Below, piece by piece: positions 39,962 to 48,877 of a DNA stretch of 64,000 nt. Source of the stretch: an uncultured Candidatus Saccharibacteria bacterium (lineage in GTDB: Bacteria > Patescibacteriota > Minisyncoccia > Phycocordibacterales > UBA9973); contig CAZGOI010000001.1 of NCBI GenBank assembly GCA_964527185.1, positions 167,097 through 231,096 of the forward strand. Direction: 5' to 3'. Every line of letters begins with the position of its first letter. Position 1 is the stretch's first letter. The position numbers and the translations under genes were made by a program. Under the pieces are notes generated by a model. That model was given only the letters and a program-made list of their open reading frames with translations, was not told where the DNA came from and did no database searches.

Positions 39962-40546
39962 ATGAAACACCCAAAAGAAGAACTTACATATGTTATGCTT
40001 AAACCAGATGGCGTCCGCAAAGGACTCACTGGTGAGGTTATTAGGCGCTTTGAACAGCGTGATCTCAAGATCGTTGCCCTCGAAATGTTTATGCCCCAAT
40101 TCGACAAGGTCAACGACCACTACCCAAAGAGCGAAGATTGGATCACTCGCCTTGGCAACAAAACACTCACCACATATGAAAAATATGGCTATGACGCGAT
40201 GAAAGATTTTGGTACAACCGATCCATCAAAAATTGGCCCTGAAATACGCAAATGGCTTATCGACTATATGACCTCAGCCCCCCTTGTAAAAATGGTGATA
40301 AAAGGTGTACACGCAGTTGACGTCGTAAGAAAAATTGCCGGCGATACCATGCCATACAAAGCCGATATAGGTACAATCCGTGGCGATTTTTCTATCGATA
40401 GTCCTGCCCTTGCCAACATGGAAAAGCGCGCAGTGATGAACATCGTCCACTGTTCAGAGACTCCAGAAGAAGCAGAACATGAGATTAAACATTGGTTTGG
40501 TGATTTAAAGATTTTAGATTACAAACGCTTTGGAGTAGATGAGTAA
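39962..40546 (+). CDS. ndk: nucleoside diphosphate kinase (with insertions)
   Basis: YVMLKPDGVRKGL, RFEQRDLKIVALE, active-site His in NIVHCSE. 194 aa, against a usual ~140. Confidence 0.8.
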   Translation: MKHPKEELTYVMLKPDGVRKGLTGEVIRRFEQRDLKIVALEMFMPQFDKVNDHYPKSEDWITRLGNKTLTTYEKYGYDAMKDFGTTDPSKIGPEIRKWLIDYMTSAPLVKMVIKGVHAVDVVRKIAGDTMPYKADIGTIRGDFSIDSPALANMEKRAVMNIVHCSETPEEAEHEIKHWFGDLKILDYKRFGVDE

Positions 40547-40551
40547 AACAT

Positions 40552-40573
40552 AAAATCCCCGAAAGGGGATTTT
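40552..40573 (+). terminator. intrinsic terminator after ndk
   Basis: AAAATCCCC-GAAA-GGGGATTTT. Confidence 0.6.
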
Positions 40574-40589
40574 ATGCTAATATAGCCAT

Positions 40590-41129
40590 ATGCATGAAAT
40601 AGAAACTAAAATACTAGAAGTTAATACTAGTGATATAGCCAAGAAATTAAGCGCGCTTGGATCGGAAAAAATACAAGATGTCTTACTTAGCGTCGATTGG
40701 TTTAGTTTAAGTGGAGTTACCAAGGAAAACAACCCTTGGTTTCTTAGAGTCCGTTCATACAATACTGGTAAAGTTGAAGTCACTTGGAAAGCAAAATCAG
40801 AAATATTGGGTGTGGCTCGCAAGCATAAAGAAATAAATCTGATTGTCGATAGTCACGAAGAAGCCAAAAATCTTTTTGAAGAAATTGGTCTTGTGCTATA
40901 TGCTCATCAGGAAAAGAAAAGAACGTCATGGAAACTTAATAGTATCCAGTTTGATTTAGATACTTACCCAAACATGCCTCCTTATCTTGAGATTGAAGCT
41001 GGGAGTGAAAAAGAAATAACTGAAATGATAAAACAACTCGAACTTGAGGAAAATGATACATGGAATGATGGAGAACGAACTTTAATTGAAGAAAAATATA
41101 AACTTAACTGGAGTGATATGAAATTTTAG
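40590..41129 (+). CDS. CYTH-domain protein 2 (paralog of 39325..39894)
   Basis: 179 aa. HEIETKI (ExExK), WFLRVR, DLDTYP and PPYLEIEAG are collinear with CYTH protein 1. TGCTAATAT sits 7 nt before the ATG, suggesting a leaderless transcript. Confidence 0.65.
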   Translation: MHEIETKILEVNTSDIAKKLSALGSEKIQDVLLSVDWFSLSGVTKENNPWFLRVRSYNTGKVEVTWKAKSEILGVARKHKEINLIVDSHEEAKNLFEEIGLVLYAHQEKKRTSWKLNSIQFDLDTYPNMPPYLEIEAGSEKEITEMIKQLELEENDTWNDGERTLIEEKYKLNWSDMKF

Positions 41130-41135
41130 AGTTTT

Positions 41136-41780
41136 ATGCGGAAAATTACTGATATATACGAAGAATACAAAATCATGCCGAATTTGCAGTTGCATCAGCT
41201 GCGAGTCACTGCTGTAGCCAAGCAAATTTGCGAATCATTGGATATAGAACTAGACAAGAAATTAATAATAACAGCGGCTCTTGTTCACGATATGGGTAAC
41301 ATTATAAAATCTGACCTTGGTTACTTTTCAGAATTTATAGAATCGGGGCAACTGGGATACTGGGAGGAGGTTAAAGAGCAATATATAAAAAAATACGGAA
41401 AAGATGAGCATGAAGCCACAGTAAAAATTCTTAAAGAACTTGGTTTACCTGAAAGTATAGTAGAGCTTGCAAGCGAGAATCGTTTTTCTTTACTTTGTGC
41501 CCATGCTTTGGGCAAAGATCTCAATCTTAAAATAATTCATTATTCAGATATGCGAGTGGGCCCCTACGGCGTCCTTTCGTATGAAGAGCGAATGAATGAG
41601 GCAAAGAAGCGTTATAAGAATCGCTCAGGGGGCATAGAGGGAAATGAGCGTCAGAAGCTCGTTGATTGTGGTAAAGAAATAGAAAAACAGATTTTTGCTC
41701 ACTCAAACATCAAACCAGAAGATATAAATGATGAATCTGTGGCGAATGATATTGAGGAATTGAAAAATTTTGAAATCTAA
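41136..41780 (+). CDS. HD-domain phosphohydrolase
   Basis: 214 aa. H..HD..D metal-binding pattern (LHQLR, ALVHDMGN, IHYSDMR). Lies 7 nt after the CYTH2 stop. Confidence 0.65.
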   Translation: MRKITDIYEEYKIMPNLQLHQLRVTAVAKQICESLDIELDKKLIITAALVHDMGNIIKSDLGYFSEFIESGQLGYWEEVKEQYIKKYGKDEHEATVKILKELGLPESIVELASENRFSLLCAHALGKDLNLKIIHYSDMRVGPYGVLSYEERMNEAKKRYKNRSGGIEGNERQKLVDCGKEIEKQIFAHSNIKPEDINDESVANDIEELKNFEI

Positions 41781-41833
41781 ACTCTAAATTTAACTTGAAA
41801 TACTGTCAAAAGTGTGTTTTTTTGAAAAAAAAC

Positions 41834-41861
41834 TTGCGCGGGTATAGGCTAGGAGTATACT
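41834..41861 (+). promoter_or_regulatory. promoter (TTGCGC-16-TATACT) of candidate sRNA
   Basis: Seen directly in the sequence, at the head of a 310-bp ORF-free spacer. Confidence 0.45.
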
Positions 41862-41867
41862 GAAAGT

Positions 41868-42055
41868 AGGGTTATTTGAAATGTATTACCTAGATCATAA
41901 TTTATAGGGGGCAAAGTGTTTTGATACGAGCGCTGTAACATTATTAATGTAGACAAACCTCTATCATCCATAGTCCCACTTAGCATAACGCTATGGTAAT
42001 ATCATTCAAATAGTCCTAATAAGAGATTCTTCCTAGATTTGGAAGGATTTTTTAT
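41868..42055 (+). ncRNA. candidate structured sRNA (~188 nt, 6S-like long imperfect hairpin)
   Basis: Bounded by the promoter and terminator (TTCTTCC-TAGATTT-GGAAGGA + T-run at 42027-42057). The 5' segment GGGTTATTTGAAATGTATTACC pairs with the 3' segment GGTAATATCATTCAAATAGTCC with an internal bulge. Confidence 0.35.
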
Positions 42056-42088
42056 TTTTAACTGAAATTAGAGTATAATCTACCCATA

Positions 42089-43459
42089 ATGGCTTCTGCT
42101 ACAGAATTAAAAATCACTTTTTGCTCCGGCGCTGGAACGGTCACCGGGGCTAATTTTCTACTCGAAGGCAATGGTAAAAGGTTTTTGATCGATTGCGGCC
42201 TCGTCCAGGGCGAGAAAGTTGGCGAAGAGCTCAACCTCAAACCATTTCCATACGACCCCGCCTCGATCGACGCGCTTTTTATCACCCACGGCCACATCGA
42301 CCACATCGGTCGCATACCGAAGCTCGTCGAATTTGGTTTCAAGGGTCGAATAATATCGACAATCCCGACCAAAGATATCGCAAGGGTTATGCTCATTGAT
42401 ATGGATGAAATTCTTTCACACGACAAGGCCGACAAGCTAGATGAAATTTACACAAAAGAAAACGAAGAGAAAGCGATGAGGATGTGGGAGACGATAGACT
42501 ACCACCAACCCCTTGGTTTTGATGGCGGTTTTAGTTTTTTATACAAAGACGCTGGGCACATACTCGGCTCGGGCATGCTCGAAGTCTCTTACAACAATAA
42601 AAAAATTGTTTTTACCGGCGACTTGGGCAACTCGCCATCGCCGATACTTTGCGACACCGAAGTTATTAACGACGCTGATTATCTGATAATGGAATCTGTT
42701 TATGGCGATCGCAATCACGAAGGTCGCGATGAACGCAAGAAAAAACTCGCCCAAGTTATCAACGACAACTACAAACGCAAGGGCACGCTCGTCGTTCCGA
42801 CTTTTTCACTCGAACGCACCCAGGATTTGCTGTTTGAAATAGACTCGCTGTTGAATTCTAATTCAATTCCAAAAATGAAAATATTCCTCGACTCGCCGCT
42901 CGCAATTAAACTCACCGATGTCTATTTGAAGTACGAAAAATATTTTAACGATATAGCTCGCAAAGTTGTTTCAACCGGCGACAAGATTTTTAACTTCCCA
43001 GAACTGGTCGAGACCCCAGAAACTGACGAGTCAAAAGCCATCCTTCGGGCCACTAGCCCAAAAATAATAATTGCCGGCAGTGGCATGTCAAACGGTGGGC
43101 GCATTATTCACCACGAGAAAAATTACTTGCCCGATGGCAATAACACCATACTCCTAACAGGCTTCCAATCTGTCGGGACGCTAGGCCGATTGATACAAGA
43201 AGGCACCCGAAATCTTCGCATCCAAGGTGAAAATATAAAACTGCGCGCCCATGTCGAGATGATCCGCGGCTACTCTGGTCATAAAGATTCAAACCACCTG
43301 GTCGAATTTGTCGAAGACACGGCCAAAACAGTCAAAAAAGTTTTTGTCGTCATGGGTGAACCCCAATCTTCGATGTTTCTAGCCCAGAAGCTTCGCGACA
43401 ATTTAAATATCGATGCCTACGTCCCAGAAGCCGGCGAGCAAGTCGTGATAGAATGTTAA
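42089..43459 (+). CDS. RNase J / beta-CASP family metallo-beta-lactamase ribonuclease
   Basis: 456 aa. MBL motif HGHIDHIG plus beta-CASP downstream blocks. It has its own TATAAT 11 nt before the ATG. Confidence 0.7.
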   Translation: MASATELKITFCSGAGTVTGANFLLEGNGKRFLIDCGLVQGEKVGEELNLKPFPYDPASIDALFITHGHIDHIGRIPKLVEFGFKGRIISTIPTKDIARVMLIDMDEILSHDKADKLDEIYTKENEEKAMRMWETIDYHQPLGFDGGFSFLYKDAGHILGSGMLEVSYNNKKIVFTGDLGNSPSPILCDTEVINDADYLIMESVYGDRNHEGRDERKKKLAQVINDNYKRKGTLVVPTFSLERTQDLLFEIDSLLNSNSIPKMKIFLDSPLAIKLTDVYLKYEKYFNDIARKVVSTGDKIFNFPELVETPETDESKAILRATSPKIIIAGSGMSNGGRIIHHEKNYLPDGNNTILLTGFQSVGTLGRLIQEGTRNLRIQGENIKLRAHVEMIRGYSGHKDSNHLVEFVEDTAKTVKKVFVVMGEPQSSMFLAQKLRDNLNIDAYVPEAGEQVVIEC

Positions 43460-43465
43460 AGTATT

Positions 43466-44104
43466 ATGAAAACAGAAAAAAATAAAACCGAGTATCTCTG
43501 CTACAATGGTCCAATCGGCAACGGCGACAGGCACAACCATTTAAAATTAAAAATTGCCGTCTGCGGAGCAGCTGAAACAACAACCTGTGGGGCAAATGCC
43601 TTCAACCAAGCCAAAGCCCTTGGTCGGGAGATAGTCTGCCAAGGAGGGATTTTAGTTACCGGCGCAACAGCCGGGTTTCCGATGTGGGCAGCAATTGGGG
43701 CCAAAGATGAAAAGGGAATCAGCATTGGTATTTCACCGGCTGCCAACGAACACGAACACATAGACACATATCGTTTGCCGCTTGATTATATGGATCTCAT
43801 CATCTACACCGGTTTTGGTTTTCCTGGCCGGGATTTGTTGCTCACACGTTCCTGCGATGCTATCATCCTCGGTTGTGGGCGAATAGGCACTATACACGAA
43901 TTCACGATTGCATTTGAAGACGACAAGCCGATCGGGGTGCTCGAGGGCGATTGGGATACTTCAAAGACCATACGCGAGATCATCGAACGCGGCAATCGGC
44001 AAAATGACAAAATAATTTTCGACAAAGACCCAAAAGTTCTAGTCGAAAAAATTCTGATGATGGCCTCTAAAAATAAAACGCCAAAAGAAAACTCTCTAGA
44101 TTAG
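43466..44104 (+). CDS. LOG/SLOG-like Rossmann-fold nucleotide-binding protein (TIGR00725-like)
   Basis: 212 aa. VTGATAGFPMWAAIGA and ILGCGRIGTIHEF blocks resemble the LOG/DprA-like SLOG family. Confidence 0.45.
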   Translation: MKTEKNKTEYLCYNGPIGNGDRHNHLKLKIAVCGAAETTTCGANAFNQAKALGREIVCQGGILVTGATAGFPMWAAIGAKDEKGISIGISPAANEHEHIDTYRLPLDYMDLIIYTGFGFPGRDLLLTRSCDAIILGCGRIGTIHEFTIAFEDDKPIGVLEGDWDTSKTIREIIERGNRQNDKIIFDKDPKVLVEKILMMASKNKTPKENSLD

Positions 44105-44119
44105 CTAGAGAGTTTTCTT

Positions 44120-44461
44120 TTACATATTCTTTATAATTCTTGAAAATGTCTCTGGGTTTCGCATTGCGATATCAGAGAGGATTTTGCGATCGAGTTTTAC
44201 ATTTTTCTTTTTCAAAGTATCGATAAATTTGCTATATGAAAGTCCATGCTCGCGAACGCTGGCGTTGATGCGTGTCGTCCACAGGCTTCGCTGGTCTGCT
44301 TTTTTGTCTTTTCTATGGGCAAAAGAATATGCCCCAGCGTGCATGATAGCTTCTTTGGCTTGAGCTTCTTTTTTACTGCGGCCAAATCTAAAGCCTTTTG
44401 TTTGAGCCAAAATGTTCCTACGACGCTTATTTTTTATTACACCTCTTTTTACTCTTGTCAT
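44120..44461 (-). CDS. rplT: 50S ribosomal protein L20
   Basis: MTRVKRGV..RRR start. 113 aa. Confidence 0.9.
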   Translation of the reverse strand: MTRVKRGVIKNKRRRNILAQTKGFRFGRSKKEAQAKEAIMHAGAYSFAHRKDKKADQRSLWTTRINASVREHGLSYSKFIDTLKKKNVKLDRKILSDIAMRNPETFSRIIKNM

Positions 44462-44481
44462 GTCTTTTTATTTATTAGTAA

Positions 44482-44673
44482 TTATGCATTTGGTAAATAA
44501 GTCCTTGTGATTTTATTTGTCAAAACCATTTTGTTCATCCTTTTGCCGCCGAGCTGCTTGCTGCGCGATTGCTTGGCATTGAAATGGTTAAAACCTGGCG
44601 CTCGCGAAAGAACCTTGCCATTTTTTGTGACTTTCAAACGCTTTGTTAATGATTTATTTGTTTTGATGCTCAT
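44482..44673 (-). CDS. rpmI: 50S ribosomal protein L35
   Basis: 63 aa, basic. KTNKSLTKR motif. Sits between infC and rplT. Confidence 0.85.
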   Translation of the reverse strand: MSIKTNKSLTKRLKVTKNGKVLSRAPGFNHFNAKQSRSKQLGGKRMNKMVLTNKITRTYLPNA

Positions 44674-44693
44674 ACTTGTGCGCCTTTGGCGTA

Positions 44694-45206
44694 TTATTTC
44701 TTTAAATCTCTTTCAATTGTAATCGTCGGACCCTTGGGACCCCTTTTTAACTCTTCGGCCACTTTATAATTTTCGGTTATAAGGTCTAGTACCCGATTTA
44801 ATCTTTCCTTTAAAAATTCATCTGGCATAAATTTTGACCGGCCAGATAAGAAGAGCTCGACTTTTATTCTATGTCCGTCTTTGAGCCATTCCGAAGCCTT
44901 GCGAGCCTTGAGTGCTAAGTCATTGTCGCCAGTACCGATCTTGACTTGAATTGACTTAGTCTCGGTTGGCTTGGATCCTGCCTTGGCCTTTTTCTGCTTC
45001 TTATTTTGTTCGTACTGGTATTTGCCGTAATCTGCTATCTTTGCTATCGGTGGGGTCGAGGTTGCAGAGATTTCAATCAAATCGAGACCTTCTTTTTCAG
45101 CCATTGACAGGGCTTCTTTAAAACTCAAAACGCCTAGGTTTTCGCCTTTGCTTGAGATTACACGAATCTCGCTAGCGCGTATTTGATTATTTACCCTTTC
45201 CTTCAA
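44694..45206 (-). CDS. infC: translation initiation factor IF-3
   Basis: IRASEIRVI and N- and C-domain blocks. 170 aa. Confidence 0.85.
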   Translation of the reverse strand: MKERVNNQIRASEIRVISSKGENLGVLSFKEALSMAEKEGLDLIEISATSTPPIAKIADYGKYQYEQNKKQKKAKAGSKPTETKSIQVKIGTGDNDLALKARKASEWLKDGHRIKVELFLSGRSKFMPDEFLKERLNRVLDLITENYKVAEELKRGPKGPTITIERDLKK

Positions 45207-45255
45207 TTGCGATTTAGTTTAGCCGATAGAAATAAATAGATTACTACCTAGGGCC

Positions 45256-45281
45256 TATACTAGCACATATATGCTAGTATA
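45256..45281. promoter_or_regulatory. palindromic divergent promoter/operator (TATACTAGCA-CATATA-TGCTAGTATA)
   Basis: Perfect inverted repeat. Each arm is the recurrent extended -10 motif, one facing infC and one facing truB. The plus-strand -10 ends 6 nt before the truB ATG. Confidence 0.5.
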
Positions 45282-45286
45282 GCAAC

Positions 45287-46069
45287 ATGAAAGAAAATGT
45301 AATCATCGCCTACAAAAATCTTGGCGAGACCCCACTTGAATGCCTAGAGCTCGTTAGACTATCGCGAAAAATTTCCCAAAATACCAAAATGACATACGCC
45401 GGCCGGCTCGACCCGATGGCCGAAGGGGTTTTGCTACTTCTTTTAGGCGAGGAATGCAAAAATAAAGAAAAATATTTAGGGCTGGACAAAACATATGAGT
45501 TTGAAATCCTTGTTGGTTTTTCGACGGATACTCATGATTTACTCGGATTGGTAACTTCGTCACTAGACAAAATTTCTGGTCCTCGGGTAAAATCGCCAGA
45601 CGCAAAAATTTTGTCTAGTGATTCCCTTTTAAAACATTTCATTGGTCTTGTTGTCCAAAAGTATCCAAAATTTTCTTCAAAAACTATAGATGGCAAGCCA
45701 CTATTTAGGCTCTCACGGCAAGGCAAATTCGAATCTGGCCAACCAGAACACCAAGTCACAATCTATGAACTGAAATTCGAAGAAAATAGAAAGATCTCAA
45801 AAGAAAATTTAGAAAAAGAAATCACAAGGCGCATAGGTCTAGTATCTGGAGACTTCAGACAGGAAGAAATAAAAAAATCTTGGCAAACCGCACTCGAAAA
45901 ATCGATTGAGGAGAATTATAAAATTATAAAACTAACATGCAAATGCAGTAGCGGCACGTACATACGGCAATTAACCGAAGACATCGGTCGCGAGGTTGGC
46001 TTACCGCTCGTTACGTTCTCGATCAAGAGAACCCAAATAGGTTTATACACACTCGATGGTATTTTTTAA
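45287..46069 (+). CDS. truB: tRNA pseudouridine(55) synthase TruB
   Basis: AGRLDPMAEGVLLLLLGE (GxLDxxAxGVL motif). 260 aa. Confidence 0.8.
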   Translation: MKENVIIAYKNLGETPLECLELVRLSRKISQNTKMTYAGRLDPMAEGVLLLLLGEECKNKEKYLGLDKTYEFEILVGFSTDTHDLLGLVTSSLDKISGPRVKSPDAKILSSDSLLKHFIGLVVQKYPKFSSKTIDGKPLFRLSRQGKFESGQPEHQVTIYELKFEENRKISKENLEKEITRRIGLVSGDFRQEEIKKSWQTALEKSIEENYKIIKLTCKCSSGTYIRQLTEDIGREVGLPLVTFSIKRTQIGLYTLDGIF

Positions 46070-46202
46070 TATATAGAAAAGGTATAATTAAGGTAAGATT
46101 TTTCTTGTTAAAACTCCTCAAAATATTTGTTCTAGAATTCCAAGCAGTCGGCAGTTGTAGAAATCCGAAATGAAGGCATGGTTTCAATCCAATACTATGC
46201 CT

Positions 46203-47537
46203 TCAAATCCTTTTTATCACAGCTTCTACCAATTCCTCGGCGCGATCTTTTGTTTTTGCCTCGGACCAAATGCGTACTATCGGCTCGGTGTTCGATTCGC
46301 GGATTTGCACCCAAGACCTATCTTTGAAATCTATCCTCAAACCATCTCGGTAATCAGCCCTGCCGTCAGGCAAGGCACCAACTACTTTTTCAAAAATCTC
46401 ATTTAAACTGCCAATAAATGGCTTTTTCTTTTTGACAGAATAATATTTAGGCAGATCCATTATTATTTTAGATAATGGTTCATCTACTTTTGCCATATAT
46501 TCGAGCGTAAGCGCCATGGCGACCAAGCTGTCTCGACAAAGATTTATTTTTGGGTAGATCACGCCCCCGCTACCTTCACCGCCGATAACTGCGTGGTGCT
46601 CTATGATGCCTTCTACGACGTTACCTTCACCAACTTTTGTTCTAAAATTTTTTCCGCCAACTTTCTGTACCAAATCTTCATTTGTGTTTGAGGTCGACAG
46701 GTTTGTAACAATATCTCCAGGCCCTTTAGAAAGAACCGCCTCGATGGAAAGGGATAAAGTATATTCTTCAAAAACTATTTCACCGTGCTCGTCGCACAGG
46801 ACGAGCCGATCGGCATCTGGATCCTCGGCAAAACCAACATCAGCAGTGACCCCTCTTACTTTTTCGCCAAGCCCGACCAAGTTCTCGGCCAATGGCTCGG
46901 GCACGTGGGCAAAATCGCCATTCGGCTCGCCGTTTATGACGATGACATCGCACCAAAGTTCCCGAAGGAGCATTGGGGCAAGTTCGTAGCCTGCGCCATT
47001 TATGACATCGAGCACAACTTTAAATTTTTTACCCCTTATCAAATCTCTATCGACATTTTTTATGATATGTTCGACGTGTTTTTTGCCCAGATTTTTATTT
47101 TCTTTGACTATCCCACCATCTTTTTGCTCCACAGTTTTGCCGAGATAACTTTTTATCTCTTCGAGCTCGGCTTCGTTTATATACATGGCGCTACTTGTGA
47201 AAAATTTTAGGCCGTTATATTCTTTTGGGTTGTGTGAAGCGCTTATCATCACCCCGCCATCAAATGGCATATTGCGAACAAGAAATATCAAGGTCGGGGT
47301 AGGGGCGATATCTATATCTGTGATTTCAAAGCCAGCGCCGGTCAAGACCTCGATTGCGATATTTTTTATGATACTACCCGAGACCCTCGTGTCTCGAGCA
47401 AGCAATATTTTCTTAGCGCCTCTTTTTTGCAAGAAAATAGCAAAGGCTTCGAGGTTCTCTCTGCAAACATCCTCTGTCAGACCTTCGCCCCAAACGCCAC
47501 GCAAGCCAGAAATGCTAAATTTTACCCCCGTACTCAT
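46203..47537 (-). CDS. glmM: phosphohexomutase (phosphoglucosamine mutase / phosphomannomutase family)
   Basis: 444 aa. Active-site SASHNP. Four-domain alpha-D-phosphohexomutase layout. Confidence 0.7.
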   Translation of the reverse strand: MSTGVKFSISGLRGVWGEGLTEDVCRENLEAFAIFLQKRGAKKILLARDTRVSGSIIKNIAIEVLTGAGFEITDIDIAPTPTLIFLVRNMPFDGGVMISASHNPKEYNGLKFFTSSAMYINEAELEEIKSYLGKTVEQKDGGIVKENKNLGKKHVEHIIKNVDRDLIRGKKFKVVLDVINGAGYELAPMLLRELWCDVIVINGEPNGDFAHVPEPLAENLVGLGEKVRGVTADVGFAEDPDADRLVLCDEHGEIVFEEYTLSLSIEAVLSKGPGDIVTNLSTSNTNEDLVQKVGGKNFRTKVGEGNVVEGIIEHHAVIGGEGSGGVIYPKINLCRDSLVAMALTLEYMAKVDEPLSKIIMDLPKYYSVKKKKPFIGSLNEIFEKVVGALPDGRADYRDGLRIDFKDRSWVQIRESNTEPIVRIWSEAKTKDRAEELVEAVIKRI

Positions 47538-47677
47538 AGCCCTATAATACCAATTCTAAAGCCAAATAGCCAAAAGAGGCTTGAAATTAAAGGCCATTTT
47601 CCTTGACTTTTTATGTAAAATCTGATATAATGCGACTAAATTGATCTAAACCTATTTAAAAATCAAAATTCCCAATC

Positions 47678-47947
47678 ATGGAAAAAACCAATTCTCGTAC
47701 TTACAATATAAGCCTTGTAAGTATTCTAAGTTTTTTTGGCATAATTTTTGCTCTTATGCCATTTAAAATGCGATTCTTTGGAATCCTGCCCGGGATTTTC
47801 TTTTTTATTTTCTTTGCTCTGTCGATGCTTTGCTGGTTTCTCCGCAAAGCTGAACCCAAACACAGAATCATTTTTGCGATTTTTTTCGTAGCAGCGATTT
47901 TTAAAATTGTTGGGTTGGTAGTTGGAAACGACTACCACATAAGATAA
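47678..47947 (+). CDS. small membrane protein, hypothetical
   Basis: 89 aa, 3 TM helices. Confidence 0.4.
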   Translation: MEKTNSRTYNISLVSILSFFGIIFALMPFKMRFFGILPGIFFFIFFALSMLCWFLRKAEPKHRIIFAIFFVAAIFKIVGLVVGNDYHIR

Positions 47948-48040
47948 TAAAAAAGAAAAAAATTGGCCGATCGCAAAAATCGGCCATTTAATTTGCAATC
48001 TTTTAAATTATATGATATAAGAAAAGAAAAATTTTTATTT

Positions 48041-48349
48041 ATGCAACAACCAAATAATTTTATACAAGGATGGGGTTTATTGATTTTTGTTTTTATCCTT
48101 TTTGGCGCAGTGGCTATTACTTCATGGAAAATTCGGCATATAAGATCTTATAAAAAAATAATCTGCCGTGTCTTGACTAAAAGCGATACTATTTATAATT
48201 CTGAAATTAAGTGGCATAAAGACAAAAAGATGGGCACATACTACAGTATAAGAAAACACAGGCATCATCCACTAACGAAAAGAAATAGAGAAATTGTTAT
48301 GGAGGCATTAGAAAAAAATGAAATACCTGAAATAAAATCTTCATACTGA
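48041..48349 (+). CDS. small membrane protein, hypothetical
   Basis: The start is re-set to MQQPNNF, because the upstream part of ORF 47963 overlaps the terminator hairpin GGCCGATCGCAAAAATCGGCC. Confidence 0.4.
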   Translation: MQQPNNFIQGWGLLIFVFILFGAVAITSWKIRHIRSYKKIICRVLTKSDTIYNSEIKWHKDKKMGTYYSIRKHRHHPLTKRNREIVMEALEKNEIPEIKSSY

Positions 48350-48412
48350 AATTATTTAACATCTCTCCTTGTGGGGGATGTTTTTGTATCAAATTATGTA
48401 TAATGTTTATGT

Positions 48413-48853
48413 ATGAGTATTCTCGTAGACAACAGAAAAGCGCATTTTAATTATGAAATCATCGAACGCTATGAGGCCGGTATCGAGCTTGCCGGTTTTG
48501 AGGTTAAATCGCTAAAATCTGGTAAAGCGACACTAGTCGGCGCCTATGCTAGATTGCGCGATGGGCAGGTCTACATCGTCGGGATGCAGATATCGCCATA
48601 CCAAGTTGGCAACACCCCGAAAGATTATGACAGCACGCGCTCACGAAAGCTTTTGTTAAACAAAAAAGAAATTAAAGAACTCGAAGAAATCGATAATAAA
48701 AAGGGTTTGACTATAGTGCCGCTTTCGCTATATAGTAAGGGTCGCCGGATCAAAGTAGAGCTCGGCGTTGCTCGGGGCAAGAAAATGCACGACAAGCGAG
48801 AGGCTATCAAGCGCCGCGACCTCAACCGCGAAATGAAGCGGGCTGAGGCTTGA
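48413..48853 (+). CDS. smpB: SsrA-binding protein SmpB
   Basis: 146 aa. NRKAxFxYxIxExxEAGIxLxGxEVKS motif. Confidence 0.9.
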   Translation: MSILVDNRKAHFNYEIIERYEAGIELAGFEVKSLKSGKATLVGAYARLRDGQVYIVGMQISPYQVGNTPKDYDSTRSRKLLLNKKEIKELEEIDNKKGLTIVPLSLYSKGRRIKVELGVARGKKMHDKREAIKRRDLNREMKRAEA

Positions 48854-48877
48854 TTCTTTGAAAAATAAATTAAACAT

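Noticed and set aside
47963-48040. N-terminal 26 codons of ORF 47963..48349
   Set aside because: This stretch overlaps the terminator hairpin GGCCGATCGCAAAAATCGGCC of the preceding gene. The start was moved to the Met at 48041.
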